A stretch of 64,000 nucleotides of DNA from a virus (lineage: Duplodnaviria; Heunggongvirae; Uroviricota; Caudoviricetes), in IMG/VR virus record IMGVR_UViG_3300022660_000050; one strand, 5' to 3'. Positions 1 through 9,441 of this stretch are shown piece by piece. Numbering within the stretch: position 1 is the first letter of the stretch; each line of letters opens with the position of its first letter. The notes under the pieces were generated by a model. The model saw nothing but the letters and a program-made list of their open reading frames with translations, had not been told where the DNA came from and did not search any database. The translations under genes were made by a program, and so were the position numbers.

Positions 1-621
1 AATAAACTTGTTTATGATAAACAAAACTGGGATAGCTACGTTAAAAGACAGCAGGATGAAATTAGCTGTCTTGAGGCCGAAATTGCAAGGTTGACTAATA
101 TTATTTCACTCACAAGCTTATCAAAAGAAGACTTAGATCAGCGCCTCTTAATTGTTAAGAAAATGGACCAGCTGACCAAACGAGATTTTCGTGGGTATTT
201 ACTTACAAATATTATTAACTATATTGATAATAAAGCAAAAGATTACTGTGCAACAGTTTTTGGTACACGAGAGCTTGTGCTTGAAATAAATGGCAATGCC
301 CTTGATATTACATATTGTGGTAAATCATTTGATGGCCTGTCCGGCGGCGAAAAACAGAGAGTTGACCTAATCTTGCAGCTTGCTATAAGAGATCTTTTAA
401 ACTCCTATCTCGGACTAAGCGCAAATATTCTTGTACTCGATGAGATAACAGACTTCCTGGATAAGAAAAGTTGTCAAGCAGTAATGCAACTTCTTGAGAA
501 AGAACTACAAACTGTCGAGTCAGTCTTTATTATTTCTCATCATGTTGATGAGCTGGAAATTCCAGTAGACTCGGAAATTAAAGTAATAAAAAATGAGCAC
601 GGCATCAGTGAACTGTGCTAA
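1..621 (+). CDS. SbcC/Rad50-like recombination ATPase, C-terminal fragment (5' truncated by window edge; frame open from nt 1)
   Basis: ABC signature LSGGEKQRV, Walker B ILVLDEITD, H-loop FIISHH. The frame is open upstream of the TTG at 91 through a coiled-coil-like sequence. Confidence 0.6.
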   Translation, partial: NKLVYDKQNWDSYVKRQQDEISCLEAEIARLTNIISLTSLSKEDLDQRLLIVKKMDQLTKRDFRGYLLTNIINYIDNKAKDYCATVFGTRELVLEINGNALDITYCGKSFDGLSGGEKQRVDLILQLAIRDLLNSYLGLSANILVLDEITDFLDKKSCQAVMQLLEKELQTVESVFIISHHVDELEIPVDSEIKVIKNEHGISELC

Positions 622-636
622 AGTGAGGTATTATAA

Positions 637-1455
637 ATGTTATGGAAAAAACCCAGTGGCATGAAGTTCACCGATATGTGTATCTTTATCGATGAAAACG
701 TGCCGAAGATCGTTAACCCAGGAGAGCACCCAGAGCTAGAAAATACAATCTATAATTATTTGTGGCTGCTAGTTAAAGCTCTTGCAATTAAAAAGTGTAT
801 GTTCAAAGACTTCCAAGATTATGATATGTATGCTTTTTACTCAGCAAATCGATTATATCTAGCACTAAGAAAAAATCAACTAAATCAAGGTAAAACTATT
901 AAAGGTAAACTAATTCGACCGATTAAATCTTGCTTAAATTATACTAAGGCACTGCTCTACCCCATGAAGATTGAGTACCAGCGAGAAAGCTTTAGAGAGA
1001 TTATTGAAGAAGAGTTTGTATCCACTAAGTTTGATGCTATCGCATACAAAGAACAGCTAAAGAGTCAAGCAAGAGCTGACTCAGGTGTAACAGACCAATT
1101 TAAAGAATACGTTACTACAGCTTTAAAGCATAGTGATGCAATCTTGGAAGAAGTTTTACAGAAGTCACCTTTTAATAGTACTACTCCTGAGTATCAAAAT
1201 TTAAAGATCTCTATTTTACTTACAAGTCTACAGGTGCTAAAAAACAAGAAAAAGCTAAATGCAACACCTCAGAGTGTTATTTTATGGCATTTACCTAAGA
1301 GCATGTCAAGTTATACTAAAGTGCTTTTAAAAGAATTTTTTACAGCACTTAAGCTTGAAATTATCGATTGTTATAAAGAAGCAGACTTAAGTGATGATGT
1401 CTTAGAAAATATCTTAACAACCACTACGGAGGATTGGCATCTTAATGAAGACTAA
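637..1455 (+). CDS. hypothetical protein
   Basis: Long ORF, RBS-like GAGG upstream, tightly packed with neighbours. Confidence 0.5.
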   Translation: MLWKKPSGMKFTDMCIFIDENVPKIVNPGEHPELENTIYNYLWLLVKALAIKKCMFKDFQDYDMYAFYSANRLYLALRKNQLNQGKTIKGKLIRPIKSCLNYTKALLYPMKIEYQRESFREIIEEEFVSTKFDAIAYKEQLKSQARADSGVTDQFKEYVTTALKHSDAILEEVLQKSPFNSTTPEYQNLKISILLTSLQVLKNKKKLNATPQSVILWHLPKSMSSYTKVLLKEFFTALKLEIIDCYKEADLSDDVLENILTTTTEDWHLNED

Positions 1456-1840
1456 TATTAAAAAGAATTTAAATAACCTACATCTGTCGGATATCTATTC
1501 TTTAATGCTGTTTATTCTGTTTAAGGTACAAGAAATACCTGAATATGCTGTTACTAGTGAATTATGTTATCTACTTGATGGCGCAAATATGACACGCCTG
1601 CTAACTTACTTTGCAGGTAGAACGGTCACATTTCCTACGGAATCGGAAATGACTATAGTAACAAACGCGTTGTTAATGTATCAGTACATAAATATTGACG
1701 GAGAAACCTTTACTGCGGCCCAAAATAAACTTGGTAAGCTTACCAATAAAGAAAAAGATGAAGTAACTGAGCTATATGTAAAGTTAATTCCTATAATGAA
1801 ACAATATAATATTGATAGGAGTCAAATTCAAAAAAGCTAA
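1445..1840 (+). CDS. hypothetical protein
   Basis: ORF overlaps neighbours by start/stop coupling. Confidence 0.45.
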   Translation: MKTNIKKNLNNLHLSDIYSLMLFILFKVQEIPEYAVTSELCYLLDGANMTRLLTYFAGRTVTFPTESEMTIVTNALLMYQYINIDGETFTAAQNKLGKLTNKEKDEVTELYVKLIPIMKQYNIDRSQIQKS

Positions 1841-2061
1841 TGGCAAAATTTGATAGAAATGCACGAACGTTTGAGACTAGAGTTAATTTTATCCACGATA
1901 TTTTTGCAAATAAGCATACGCCAACAGAAATAATGGCACACAGCATTAAATATAAACTAGATAAATCCTATGAGATTTATTTATCAGATATTTTAAAAAG
2001 TATCTGGAACCTAAATGGGCAAGACCCAATGAAAATCCTAAAGCGTATTGATAGCAACTGA
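1840..2061 (+). CDS. hypothetical small protein
   Basis: ATG overlaps the upstream stop (TAATG). Confidence 0.4.
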   Translation: MAKFDRNARTFETRVNFIHDIFANKHTPTEIMAHSIKYKLDKSYEIYLSDILKSIWNLNGQDPMKILKRIDSN

Positions 2062-2074
2062 AAGGAATAAAGTT

Positions 2075-2404
2075 ATGTCAACACAAATAAATATTGTAAG
2101 TGATGTAGGAACACTACTTAAAATTCCTACTAAAGTTACTACCGAGTTAACTGATAAAGCCTGTTTGTGTATCGGTAGTGCAATTAATGAAGCAAAGCGC
2201 AATGGAGAAGAGTGCTTGACTATTGGCATTGGAATCGGCACACTTAGCATTAACTTGATCGATATGCAGTGTAAGTTTGTACCTGGAAAAAACCTTAAAA
2301 CTGCAATTAAATCTGCTGTGACTAACCAGACTGACCCGCTTGAGATTATGCTGGAGCAGGCCTTTGCGGATAGACTTCTCGCAATCTGTGATGAGGTGAT
2401 TTAA
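2075..2404 (+). CDS. hypothetical protein
   Basis: ATG at 2075 preceded by AAAGGA. The track ORF starts earlier at a TTG. Confidence 0.45.
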   Translation: MSTQINIVSDVGTLLKIPTKVTTELTDKACLCIGSAINEAKRNGEECLTIGIGIGTLSINLIDMQCKFVPGKNLKTAIKSAVTNQTDPLEIMLEQAFADRLLAICDEVI

Positions 2405-2405
2405 T

Positions 2406-2969
2406 ATGTCAAATGACTACCCAGTAGAAACCAATGATACTGAAACTGGTATTGTACCAGTTAGTTCTAGGGTTAAACTTAATGAGGAGTCTATGGCATT
2501 AATTGAACAGATTGTTTCTGAAACTGATGAGCAGCGAGCTAGAGACCTAACACAGCTATTTAATGCAAACCAGAATAAAAAAACTATGGTAAGAGTTAAC
2601 AAGCTGAGTGACCTGCTAGATACGATCACAGACCAGGCAGTTACAAGATTTACTACCAGGCCGGATGAAATTTCAAATAAAGAACTTTTCGACGGTCTAA
2701 AGATAGTGCAAGATCTTATTGAACGCGGTCAAAAACAGGTTTCTGGCTCCGGAGAAACTCCTCTAATTCAAGTAAATCAGCAGACCAACGAAGTCAATAT
2801 TGGTGGTGCTGGAAATAACTTAAATAGAGACTCAAGAGAACGTGTTAAGTCTGCTGTAATGAGTCTATTAAGTAGCATATCTAATGCATCAACTGCTGAA
2901 GCACAACCTGCTGAGTACACTGAAGTTGAAGCAGAAGAAATAATAAGTGAGGAAACAGACGATGAATAA
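2406..2969 (+). CDS. hypothetical protein (acidic C-terminus)
   Basis: ORF with TAATATG coupling. Confidence 0.45.
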   Translation: MSNDYPVETNDTETGIVPVSSRVKLNEESMALIEQIVSETDEQRARDLTQLFNANQNKKTMVRVNKLSDLLDTITDQAVTRFTTRPDEISNKELFDGLKIVQDLIERGQKQVSGSGETPLIQVNQQTNEVNIGGAGNNLNRDSRERVKSAVMSLLSSISNASTAEAQPAEYTEVEAEEIISEETDDE

Positions 2970-3264
2970 TCCGTTAAAAAATATTTTAGCCAGACTTGGC
3001 ATCGAAGAAACCGGCAAGTATGATAATCGCTTTTATATTATTAATATCGAAAATAGTGATGAGTATGCAAAAATGTACACCAAGCTAAGTAAGAATGCAA
3101 TTAACACTGAATTTCCTACTTTTGGTACAAATACTAGCAACTCTACCGTAAAAGTTACGAATTATTTTGAGCTCGAAGAAGATAATGAAAAGTATACTCT
3201 TTTCTTGATTGCTGACTTCGATAATGATAAATATTATTTAAAAATCGGAGGTTTTACCAACTAA
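2962..3264 (+). CDS. hypothetical protein
   Basis: ATG at 2962 preceded by GAGGAA. The track start at 2947 is a GTG. Confidence 0.4.
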   Translation: MNNPLKNILARLGIEETGKYDNRFYIINIENSDEYAKMYTKLSKNAINTEFPTFGTNTSNSTVKVTNYFELEEDNEKYTLFLIADFDNDKYYLKIGGFTN

Positions 3265-3623
3265 TGATTTTTGAATACTCCGCACAAAGAACTTTTAACG
3301 ATTCAATTGATGTAGTAGATATTGGTAATACTGCATTGAGATGCACAAATGTAAAACTCGATGACTATTACATTATCCTAAGAACAATTATGGGCAAAAC
3401 TTCTATTATTAAGTTTGGCCCGGTCTGTCCAGATATCGAAGTACTTATAAATGACTTTTCAGTTACCTATAAAAAAATGGACTATAAAGAAGCAGGTATT
3501 TGTAAAGAAATTGACAAGTTTATAAACGACTTCAGAAAAGAAATTAATTCAATAGAAGAAATCACCGAATACGAAGCATGGCAAGCTTTTCCAGCTGTGC
3601 AACAGTACTTTGAAAATGCTTAA
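3264..3623 (+). CDS. hypothetical protein
   Basis: ORF with ATG overlapping the upstream stop. Confidence 0.45.
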   Translation: MIFEYSAQRTFNDSIDVVDIGNTALRCTNVKLDDYYIILRTIMGKTSIIKFGPVCPDIEVLINDFSVTYKKMDYKEAGICKEIDKFINDFRKEINSIEEITEYEAWQAFPAVQQYFENA

Positions 3624-3632
3624 GAGGTATTT

Positions 3633-4001
3633 ATGGCACTAAAAGATGTAAAGAATTATTTTTATACGATGCTTTGTCAGTATATTGAAGAAAAACAGAA
3701 TTTAGCTGACTTCGAAGAAGCACTAAAAGAAGGGCATATTACTGAAGACCAAATGCAAGAAGCTATAGAGATTGTCGCAGGGCTAGAAGAAAATTATCAT
3801 AGGCTTGTTTACATTATGTATCTTCTAAATATGCCTAACCGTAAATCTAAAAAAGAAGCTTATGTAAAACAGCACAAAGAAATTCTTGATGAACTAACAA
3901 GACTTGGTGCAGATATTGACTCAGTTAAAGCAGAAAACTCAGACATGCTTATCCACTTTAAAGCAGCTCTTGAGTCTCTTAAAAACAAAAGCGAGCACTA
4001 A
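3633..4001 (+). CDS. hypothetical protein
   Basis: ORF with AGAGG RBS. Its stop lies inside a terminator hairpin. Confidence 0.45.
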   Translation: MALKDVKNYFYTMLCQYIEEKQNLADFEEALKEGHITEDQMQEAIEIVAGLEENYHRLVYIMYLLNMPNRKSKKEAYVKQHKEILDELTRLGADIDSVKAENSDMLIHFKAALESLKNKSEH

Positions 4002-4016
4002 GCTCGCTTTTTTCGG
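3987..4016 (+). terminator. intrinsic terminator hairpin (GCGAGC..GCTCGC) plus T-run
   Basis: Seen directly: aaaagcgagcactaagctcgcttttttcgg. Confidence 0.6.
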
Positions 4017-4067
4017 CTATTAAGTTATTAATTTATTAATTTAATAGATTTAAAATTATTAAAATTG

Positions 4068-4090
4068 GCTAAATTTAATGTATAATATAT
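4068..4090 (+). promoter_or_regulatory. promoter region: GGCTAAATTTAATG variant of the recurrent late-type motif, followed by extended -10 TGTATAAT
   Basis: Motif seen directly. It lies about 35-50 nt upstream of the ATG at 4122. Confidence 0.4.
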
Positions 4091-4121
4091 TGTATATTTA
4101 GATTTATAAGGAGATATTTAA

Positions 4122-4910
4122 ATGGAAACAATTATTACTGATGCTGAAGTACTTAGCACACCAGTAGAACCTTTAACATTTTTAACAGAAGAAGGTCCTA
4201 AAACTGAGGAAGGCACTGAGATTATCAGCAAGATCAAAGAAGTTCTTAATGCGAATCCAGATCTTATTGCACTTTCTGCTCCTCAGATTGGTATTAATAA
4301 GCGTATCTTTTGTTTAAGATTTAATGACCAGATTAAGACTTTTATTAACCCTATTATCACGAAAAAGAAGGGCCTCAACATTGTTATCGAAACCTGTGCA
4401 TCAATGCCTGGCAAAGAGATTGTAATCGGTAGACCTGAAGAAATTACTGTTGTTTATTACAATGATGATTTTAAGTACGAAGATAACAAGCTTATAGGCA
4501 TTGCGGCAAGCATGTTTGATCAACAGGCTCAAATTATTGACGGAGTTCTTCCTAGTGCGCTTGGCCTTGTTTCTGACATTGAAGAAGATGGCAAGATCGA
4601 AGAGTCAGACCTTGCTGAGATTATTCCTTTCTACAAAGATACCTTCTTACCTGCGCGTATCGAAAGTTTAAAGACTGTTATCGAATCAGACGATGTTGCT
4701 GCTAAGCAGTTTAGAAATCTCAAGTTTACTGAAAATGTTATCAATGGTCGTATTACAGTAGTAGAGTCTGAGCACGAGACAGACCGACATGCAAAGGCAA
4801 ATAAGGCAGCTAACAAAGCTATTGCGACGGCAGGTGCCTCTGAAAAGGCCAGACAAAGAGCCGAGTTTAAAAACTTTGTGTCAAAAGTACACAAAAAGTC
4901 TCATAAGTGA
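4122..4910 (+). CDS. peptide deformylase-like protein with a degenerate metal-binding motif
   Basis: PDF motif 1-like LSAPQIGINKRIF and motif 2-like ETCASMPG are present. The expected HExxH motif 3 is replaced by QQAQIID. The C-terminal tail is Lys-rich. Confidence 0.4.
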   Translation: METIITDAEVLSTPVEPLTFLTEEGPKTEEGTEIISKIKEVLNANPDLIALSAPQIGINKRIFCLRFNDQIKTFINPIITKKKGLNIVIETCASMPGKEIVIGRPEEITVVYYNDDFKYEDNKLIGIAASMFDQQAQIIDGVLPSALGLVSDIEEDGKIEESDLAEIIPFYKDTFLPARIESLKTVIESDDVAAKQFRNLKFTENVINGRITVVESEHETDRHAKANKAANKAIATAGASEKARQRAEFKNFVSKVHKKSHK

Positions 4911-4921
4911 GGAATAAAATA

Positions 4922-5089
4922 ATGGCAAAGAAGATGATAAGCTTAGAAATATCTGACGAATTACGAGAAGAGCTTAGATTAGAAGCTTTCAAACGTTCAG
5001 TTAGTATTTCTGCTGTTATTAGACAACTCTTAGAAGAAAGTTTACATAAGGAGAGATCTAATGAGCAGCAAAGTGAAAACAAACAATGA
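4922..5089 (+). CDS. ribbon-helix-helix (Arc/CopG-like) small DNA-binding protein
   Basis: MAKKMISLEISDELREELRLEAFKRSVSISAVIRQLLEESL has the RHH pattern. ATG preceded by GTGAGGAA. Confidence 0.5.
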   Translation: MAKKMISLEISDELREELRLEAFKRSVSISAVIRQLLEESLHKERSNEQQSENKQ

Positions 5090-6929
5090 AAGGATACTTG
5101 TAATAGTCGAATCGCCTAATAAGGTAAAAACTATCTCAGGAATACTGAAAAAGGCTGGTTATGCAAAAGCAGTAGTAATGGCCTCTGTCGGTCACATTAT
5201 GAAACTTGGCGATGGTGGACCTGCTTATAATTCAGGCATATATCCAAAGCAAAAATTTAGAATGAATCTGGCTATTGCTGATGATAAGCAAAAAGTAGTA
5301 GCAGATATTATCGCACAGGCAAAAATTGCAGATAAAATTTATATTGGAACCGACCAAGATAGAGAAGGCTTTGTAATTGGGTGGAGCTTAATTAAATTTT
5401 GTGAACTGCCTGTTGACAAGTGCTTTAGGATCGTTATGCATGAAATAACACCTAAAGCAGTTGTATATGCATTAGAAAATCCTGTACCTTTTGATGATAA
5501 TATCGTAAATGCTGGGCTAACCAGAATGATGATAGATAAACTTATTGGCTACGGTCTTAGTCCTTTAGCGAAAAAGTATCTTGGTGCTAAGTCAGTTGGG
5601 CGGTGTCAGTCCGTTGGACTTAAACTTGTTTCAGACAGAGAAAAAGAAATTATGGATTTTGTACCAGAAATGTATTTTAATCTATATTTAAACTTTATAA
5701 AAAATGGTACAGCTTTTAAAGCAAAATATGCTGGGTATAATGACGAGGTTATTGATAAATTTTCAAGGCAAGCTGACGTTGATGCGGTTATAAACAACTG
5801 CAAAGGTGGTGCTTATATAATTGAAGATACCAAAGTGGTTAAGCACCAAGAGTCTCCAAAACCGCCGTTTTGTACTGCTACTTTTCAACAGGAGGCAGCG
5901 AATAAGCTCGGTCTTAAAGTAAAAGATGCTATGAGCTGTGCGCAAAAACTCTTTGAAGGAATTAGTCTAGCTGGCGAACACATTGGTTTGATTACGTATA
6001 TGCGTACAGACTCTACGGAATTTGCACAAGAATTTATTCCAGAACTAAAAACTTTTATAGAAAATACTTACGGCGCAGCCAGTTATGTAGGGCCAAGAAA
6101 GTCTAAACAAAAAGAAACAGACCAAGATGGGCACGAAGCCCTTAGAGTCACAAACCCGAATCTGACTCCAGATATTGTAGAGGCTACCACTGGCAATGAA
6201 CTACTTGCAAAAGTTTATAGGCTAATATGGCAACGTACTGTTGCTTCAGCAATGCCAAATGCAGTTATTTCAGAAACAATTTATATAATTAATAATAACG
6301 GGCATAAATTTACGCTTAGCTCAAAAGAGCTTTTAAGTGCTGGTTATAAAGCAGTATATGAATACGATGATACTTCTGACATAGCTTCTACGCCTATATT
6401 TACCGTTGGCGAAACCTTGGAAGATGCTGAGCTTGAGGCAGCTAAAAAATTTACACAACCTAAGCCTAGGTATACAGAGGCAAGTTTAGTTAAAGAGCTT
6501 CAGAATAGAAGTATCGGCCGACCATCTACTTATGTAACAATAGTAGAAACAATTTTAAGCCCAACAAGAGGTTACGCAAAGTTGGAAGAAAAGCACATTG
6601 TTCCTACTGATCGTGGTATGCAATTAGCTGACTACTGTAATAGGTCATTCCCTACTTTAATAAATTTAAATTATACTAAAGAAATGGAAGAAAGCCTTGA
6701 TAAAATTGCCGGCGGTAAAATTCTTTGGCTTGACTTTATGGAAAATTTCTATAAAAATTTACAAGATATTATTGGAGCCACTAATGAAACCGGTATTGCT
6801 CCAGAGATGCCAGAGAAAGAGTGCCCAAATTGCGGCAAACCTATGGTAGTTAGAAGAAGCAGATTTGGAAAACTATTCTATGGTTGCTCTGCCTACCCTA
6901 AATGCAGAGGAATTATCAGTATTGATTAG
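5061..6929 (+). CDS. DNA topoisomerase type IA (Toprim domain plus C-terminal zinc ribbon)
   Basis: N-terminal ILVIVESPNKVKTISG matches the Toprim/topo I motif. Active-site-region GLITYMRTDST is present. C-terminal CPNCGKPMVVRRSRFGKLFYGCSAYPKCRG is a Zn ribbon. AAGGAGAG RBS. Confidence 0.8.
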   Translation: MSSKVKTNNERILVIVESPNKVKTISGILKKAGYAKAVVMASVGHIMKLGDGGPAYNSGIYPKQKFRMNLAIADDKQKVVADIIAQAKIADKIYIGTDQDREGFVIGWSLIKFCELPVDKCFRIVMHEITPKAVVYALENPVPFDDNIVNAGLTRMMIDKLIGYGLSPLAKKYLGAKSVGRCQSVGLKLVSDREKEIMDFVPEMYFNLYLNFIKNGTAFKAKYAGYNDEVIDKFSRQADVDAVINNCKGGAYIIEDTKVVKHQESPKPPFCTATFQQEAANKLGLKVKDAMSCAQKLFEGISLAGEHIGLITYMRTDSTEFAQEFIPELKTFIENTYGAASYVGPRKSKQKETDQDGHEALRVTNPNLTPDIVEATTGNELLAKVYRLIWQRTVASAMPNAVISETIYIINNNGHKFTLSSKELLSAGYKAVYEYDDTSDIASTPIFTVGETLEDAELEAAKKFTQPKPRYTEASLVKELQNRSIGRPSTYVTIVETILSPTRGYAKLEEKHIVPTDRGMQLADYCNRSFPTLINLNYTKEMEESLDKIAGGKILWLDFMENFYKNLQDIIGATNETGIAPEMPEKECPNCGKPMVVRRSRFGKLFYGCSAYPKCRGIISID

Positions 6930-6936
6930 TAATTAA

Positions 6937-6953
6937 TTGCTAAATTAATTGAT
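6937..6953 (+). promoter_or_regulatory. late-type promoter motif TTGCTAAATTAATTGAT
   Basis: One member of the roughly 13-copy intergenic motif family, 55 nt upstream of the ATG at 6992. Confidence 0.5.
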
Positions 6954-6991
6954 AATTTAATAATTACAAAAATAAATAAAGGAGAGTTATT

Positions 6992-7993
6992 ATGGCTCGT
7001 ATTTTTACTACACCTGAGTCAGAGCAGAAAGCAAAACTTGTAATGCATGACTTGACTCTGGCAGGTGGAATTAGAACAAGTAACCAAAGAAGCGGCGGTT
7101 CTACTAATTTCTCAAGCAGCTTTATTGGTGCAGCACAGCAAATTTGTACAGAGCTTGTTGAACGTGAGTTTAAAGATGTTGATGCAGCTATTAAAAATGT
7201 CTCGTATTATGGCTTTGAGCCTATGAATGGAGGACGTTACTTCCGCTATAAGCCTGAAGCTATCGCTAAAGCTGTGGTTTATATGGCAGAATGTGTTGGC
7301 TTGTATTGGGATGATACTATTAGAACTCCTTATGAGATAACAGAATTTAAGAAAACACTTTTAGGTGAAGCTGTTTATAAGTATGGCAGATATATTTCAG
7401 CGCTTTCTGGTAAGACTGCACAGAGCTCTGCCACAGCTTCTACTGGTGGTGCTCAGGTTGCACCTTCTGCGCCTCAAAATAATTATAAGCAGTCTGGTCC
7501 TCAGTCCGGTAATGTTAGAGACCTACAAGGTAATCCAGGTGATAAGGTGACCGCAGATACTAGCCTTATTTATAAAATTATTGCTGATAAGGTAGGTAAA
7601 AACACTCCTAATGTGTTTATTAAGCCTCTAAGTTCTTCTGGTGCAACCGGAAATACTAATAAGATTTTTATCAGTAGCGGTAACGGTTATACAGACTGTA
7701 CATGCTATTTTGATGACCCTAATGAGGCTCAGACTTTCTTAGATAAGATTGTAGCAGCTAACCGTGTGCCTGCTAATATTAATAATCTACGTGTCGTTAA
7801 AATGAAGGCAGACCCAAATGGCTATTTCCTTGTTGGTACTGAATTTGGTGTAGTAGCCGTTAGTGCTAAAACCTTAAATGAAGCACTTAATGAAGGTGTT
7901 ACTGAAGACCTTTCTGGCGGCTGGAAAAAGGCTACAGAAGGCTGTAGCAAGGAAGAACTAGATGAGCTGCACACTTGGATGCGCAAAGATTAA
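6992..7993 (+). CDS. hypothetical protein (codon usage typical of highly expressed genes)
   Basis: GGAGAG RBS. Codon choice resembles the capsid and sheath genes. Confidence 0.55.
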   Translation: MARIFTTPESEQKAKLVMHDLTLAGGIRTSNQRSGGSTNFSSSFIGAAQQICTELVEREFKDVDAAIKNVSYYGFEPMNGGRYFRYKPEAIAKAVVYMAECVGLYWDDTIRTPYEITEFKKTLLGEAVYKYGRYISALSGKTAQSSATASTGGAQVAPSAPQNNYKQSGPQSGNVRDLQGNPGDKVTADTSLIYKIIADKVGKNTPNVFIKPLSSSGATGNTNKIFISSGNGYTDCTCYFDDPNEAQTFLDKIVAANRVPANINNLRVVKMKADPNGYFLVGTEFGVVAVSAKTLNEALNEGVTEDLSGGWKKATEGCSKEELDELHTWMRKD

Positions 7994-8006
7994 TAGGAGG
8001 ATAACA

Positions 8007-9416
8007 ATGAAAATTAATAAAATTATAACTGAAAGTATTTTAGATACAGAGCTTGTAGAAGAAGTTATTACTGAGGCTGAAGATACAGCCGCTGAAGCTT
8101 CTGCGGACGAGCTAGTTATCGATAATGTTGTAAATGCGCCTGTAGATGAAATCGCTGACGCAGTTAAGGCTGCTGCTGAAGAAGCTTCTGATGGCGAGGA
8201 AACTTACTCCGATGCTAAAGCAGAAAAAGTAGCAAATGAAATCAAGACTTATGCTAAAGGCTTTGATACTGCTACTTGGGCACCTCTTGATGTAAGAAGT
8301 GCTCTTACTGATGCGCTTGATGACTGCCTTGCGGCTTCATTCGAGTCTAAAGCTATTGGTACTCATGATGGTACTGACATTCTAATTTCAGGACTTCCTG
8401 GTTCCGGTAAAACCGGTATCACAAAGCAGTGGGCAAGGGATAGAGGTGTAAATCTATTCTACCTCAATGCTAAAAACGATGACCTCGGCGCTATCCTTAA
8501 CGGTTTCCCTGTTGATACAACAGAAACAACAGATGATGGCAGAAGTGTACATACAGTAGCTAGATCTTATTCTAACTCACTTGATGCGCTAGACAAAGAA
8601 AGATCTGTACTATTCCTTGATGAATTTAACAGAGCTCCTGCTAAGCTTCGTGCCGTACTTCTTTCACTAATTAATGAGCACGTAATTGACGGTAATGGTC
8701 CTGATGGTTATAGACACTTTGATAACCTGCTCTTTACTGTAGCTTGTATTAACCCTGCAGTTCCCACAGACCCTGGCGCAATGGAGCTTAATGACGCTGA
8801 AATGTCTCGTTTTGTAGACACTATGGATTGGGACTCTACTCCTGAGGAAGCAATTAAATATATTAACTGGTACATTCCTGAAAAAGTTATTAAGAGCATT
8901 CCTCATGACGAGAATTACAATGCTCTTTACATTAGAGCTAAGAAGAGATTAAATTTAGCTAACGCATTGCTTGCAGACTATCGTTTTGAGTTTGACTCAC
9001 GCGATGACTTACTTGACTTGTTTCAGACAAAATCAAAGATGTTAAACCAGCGCTCAATTACCGACGCTATTATGAAACATGGTCATGATAAAAATAAATT
9101 CCTTGCTTGGGTAGACCAAAAGTCTAAATTCCTAGATAAGGATAAAGAAATAATCCATGAGATCCTTGATTCTTGGGTTGAGCCTGACGTTATTATGCCA
9201 GGTGCCGGAGATAACAATGAAGAGCCTGCCCCAACAACTTCAAGCGCTAAGAGTACTACTTCAGATAGTGATGATTTTGATAGTGTATTCGGTGCTGGCG
9301 GTGATGAGACTGATACTGACCTCTTCGGTTCAACTGCATCTGCGGCAGGTGCTGCTGCAAAGGTTAGCTCAGCTGACGCACTAAACCGTATTAAGAGTTT
9401 CGACTTCTCACTTTAA
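8007..9416 (+). CDS. MoxR-like AAA+ ATPase
   Basis: Walker A LISGLPGSGKTGITKQW, Walker B VLFLDEFNRAP and sensor region AVLLSLINEHVIDG resemble MoxR/RavA/CbbQ-type ATPases. TAGGAGG RBS. Confidence 0.6.
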   Translation: MKINKIITESILDTELVEEVITEAEDTAAEASADELVIDNVVNAPVDEIADAVKAAAEEASDGEETYSDAKAEKVANEIKTYAKGFDTATWAPLDVRSALTDALDDCLAASFESKAIGTHDGTDILISGLPGSGKTGITKQWARDRGVNLFYLNAKNDDLGAILNGFPVDTTETTDDGRSVHTVARSYSNSLDALDKERSVLFLDEFNRAPAKLRAVLLSLINEHVIDGNGPDGYRHFDNLLFTVACINPAVPTDPGAMELNDAEMSRFVDTMDWDSTPEEAIKYINWYIPEKVIKSIPHDENYNALYIRAKKRLNLANALLADYRFEFDSRDDLLDLFQTKSKMLNQRSITDAIMKHGHDKNKFLAWVDQKSKFLDKDKEIIHEILDSWVEPDVIMPGAGDNNEEPAPTTSSAKSTTSDSDDFDSVFGAGGDETDTDLFGSTASAAGAAAKVSSADALNRIKSFDFSL

Positions 9417-9441
9417 TTCTAGTATAAAGGAGATTTATACT

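Noticed and set aside
4021-4121. Repeats of TTATTAATTT or AATTTA suggestive of a CRISPR array or tandem repeat array
   Set aside because: They are only short, irregular AT-rich iterations with no repeat-spacer periodicity. Such runs occur generally in the AT-rich intergenic DNA here.
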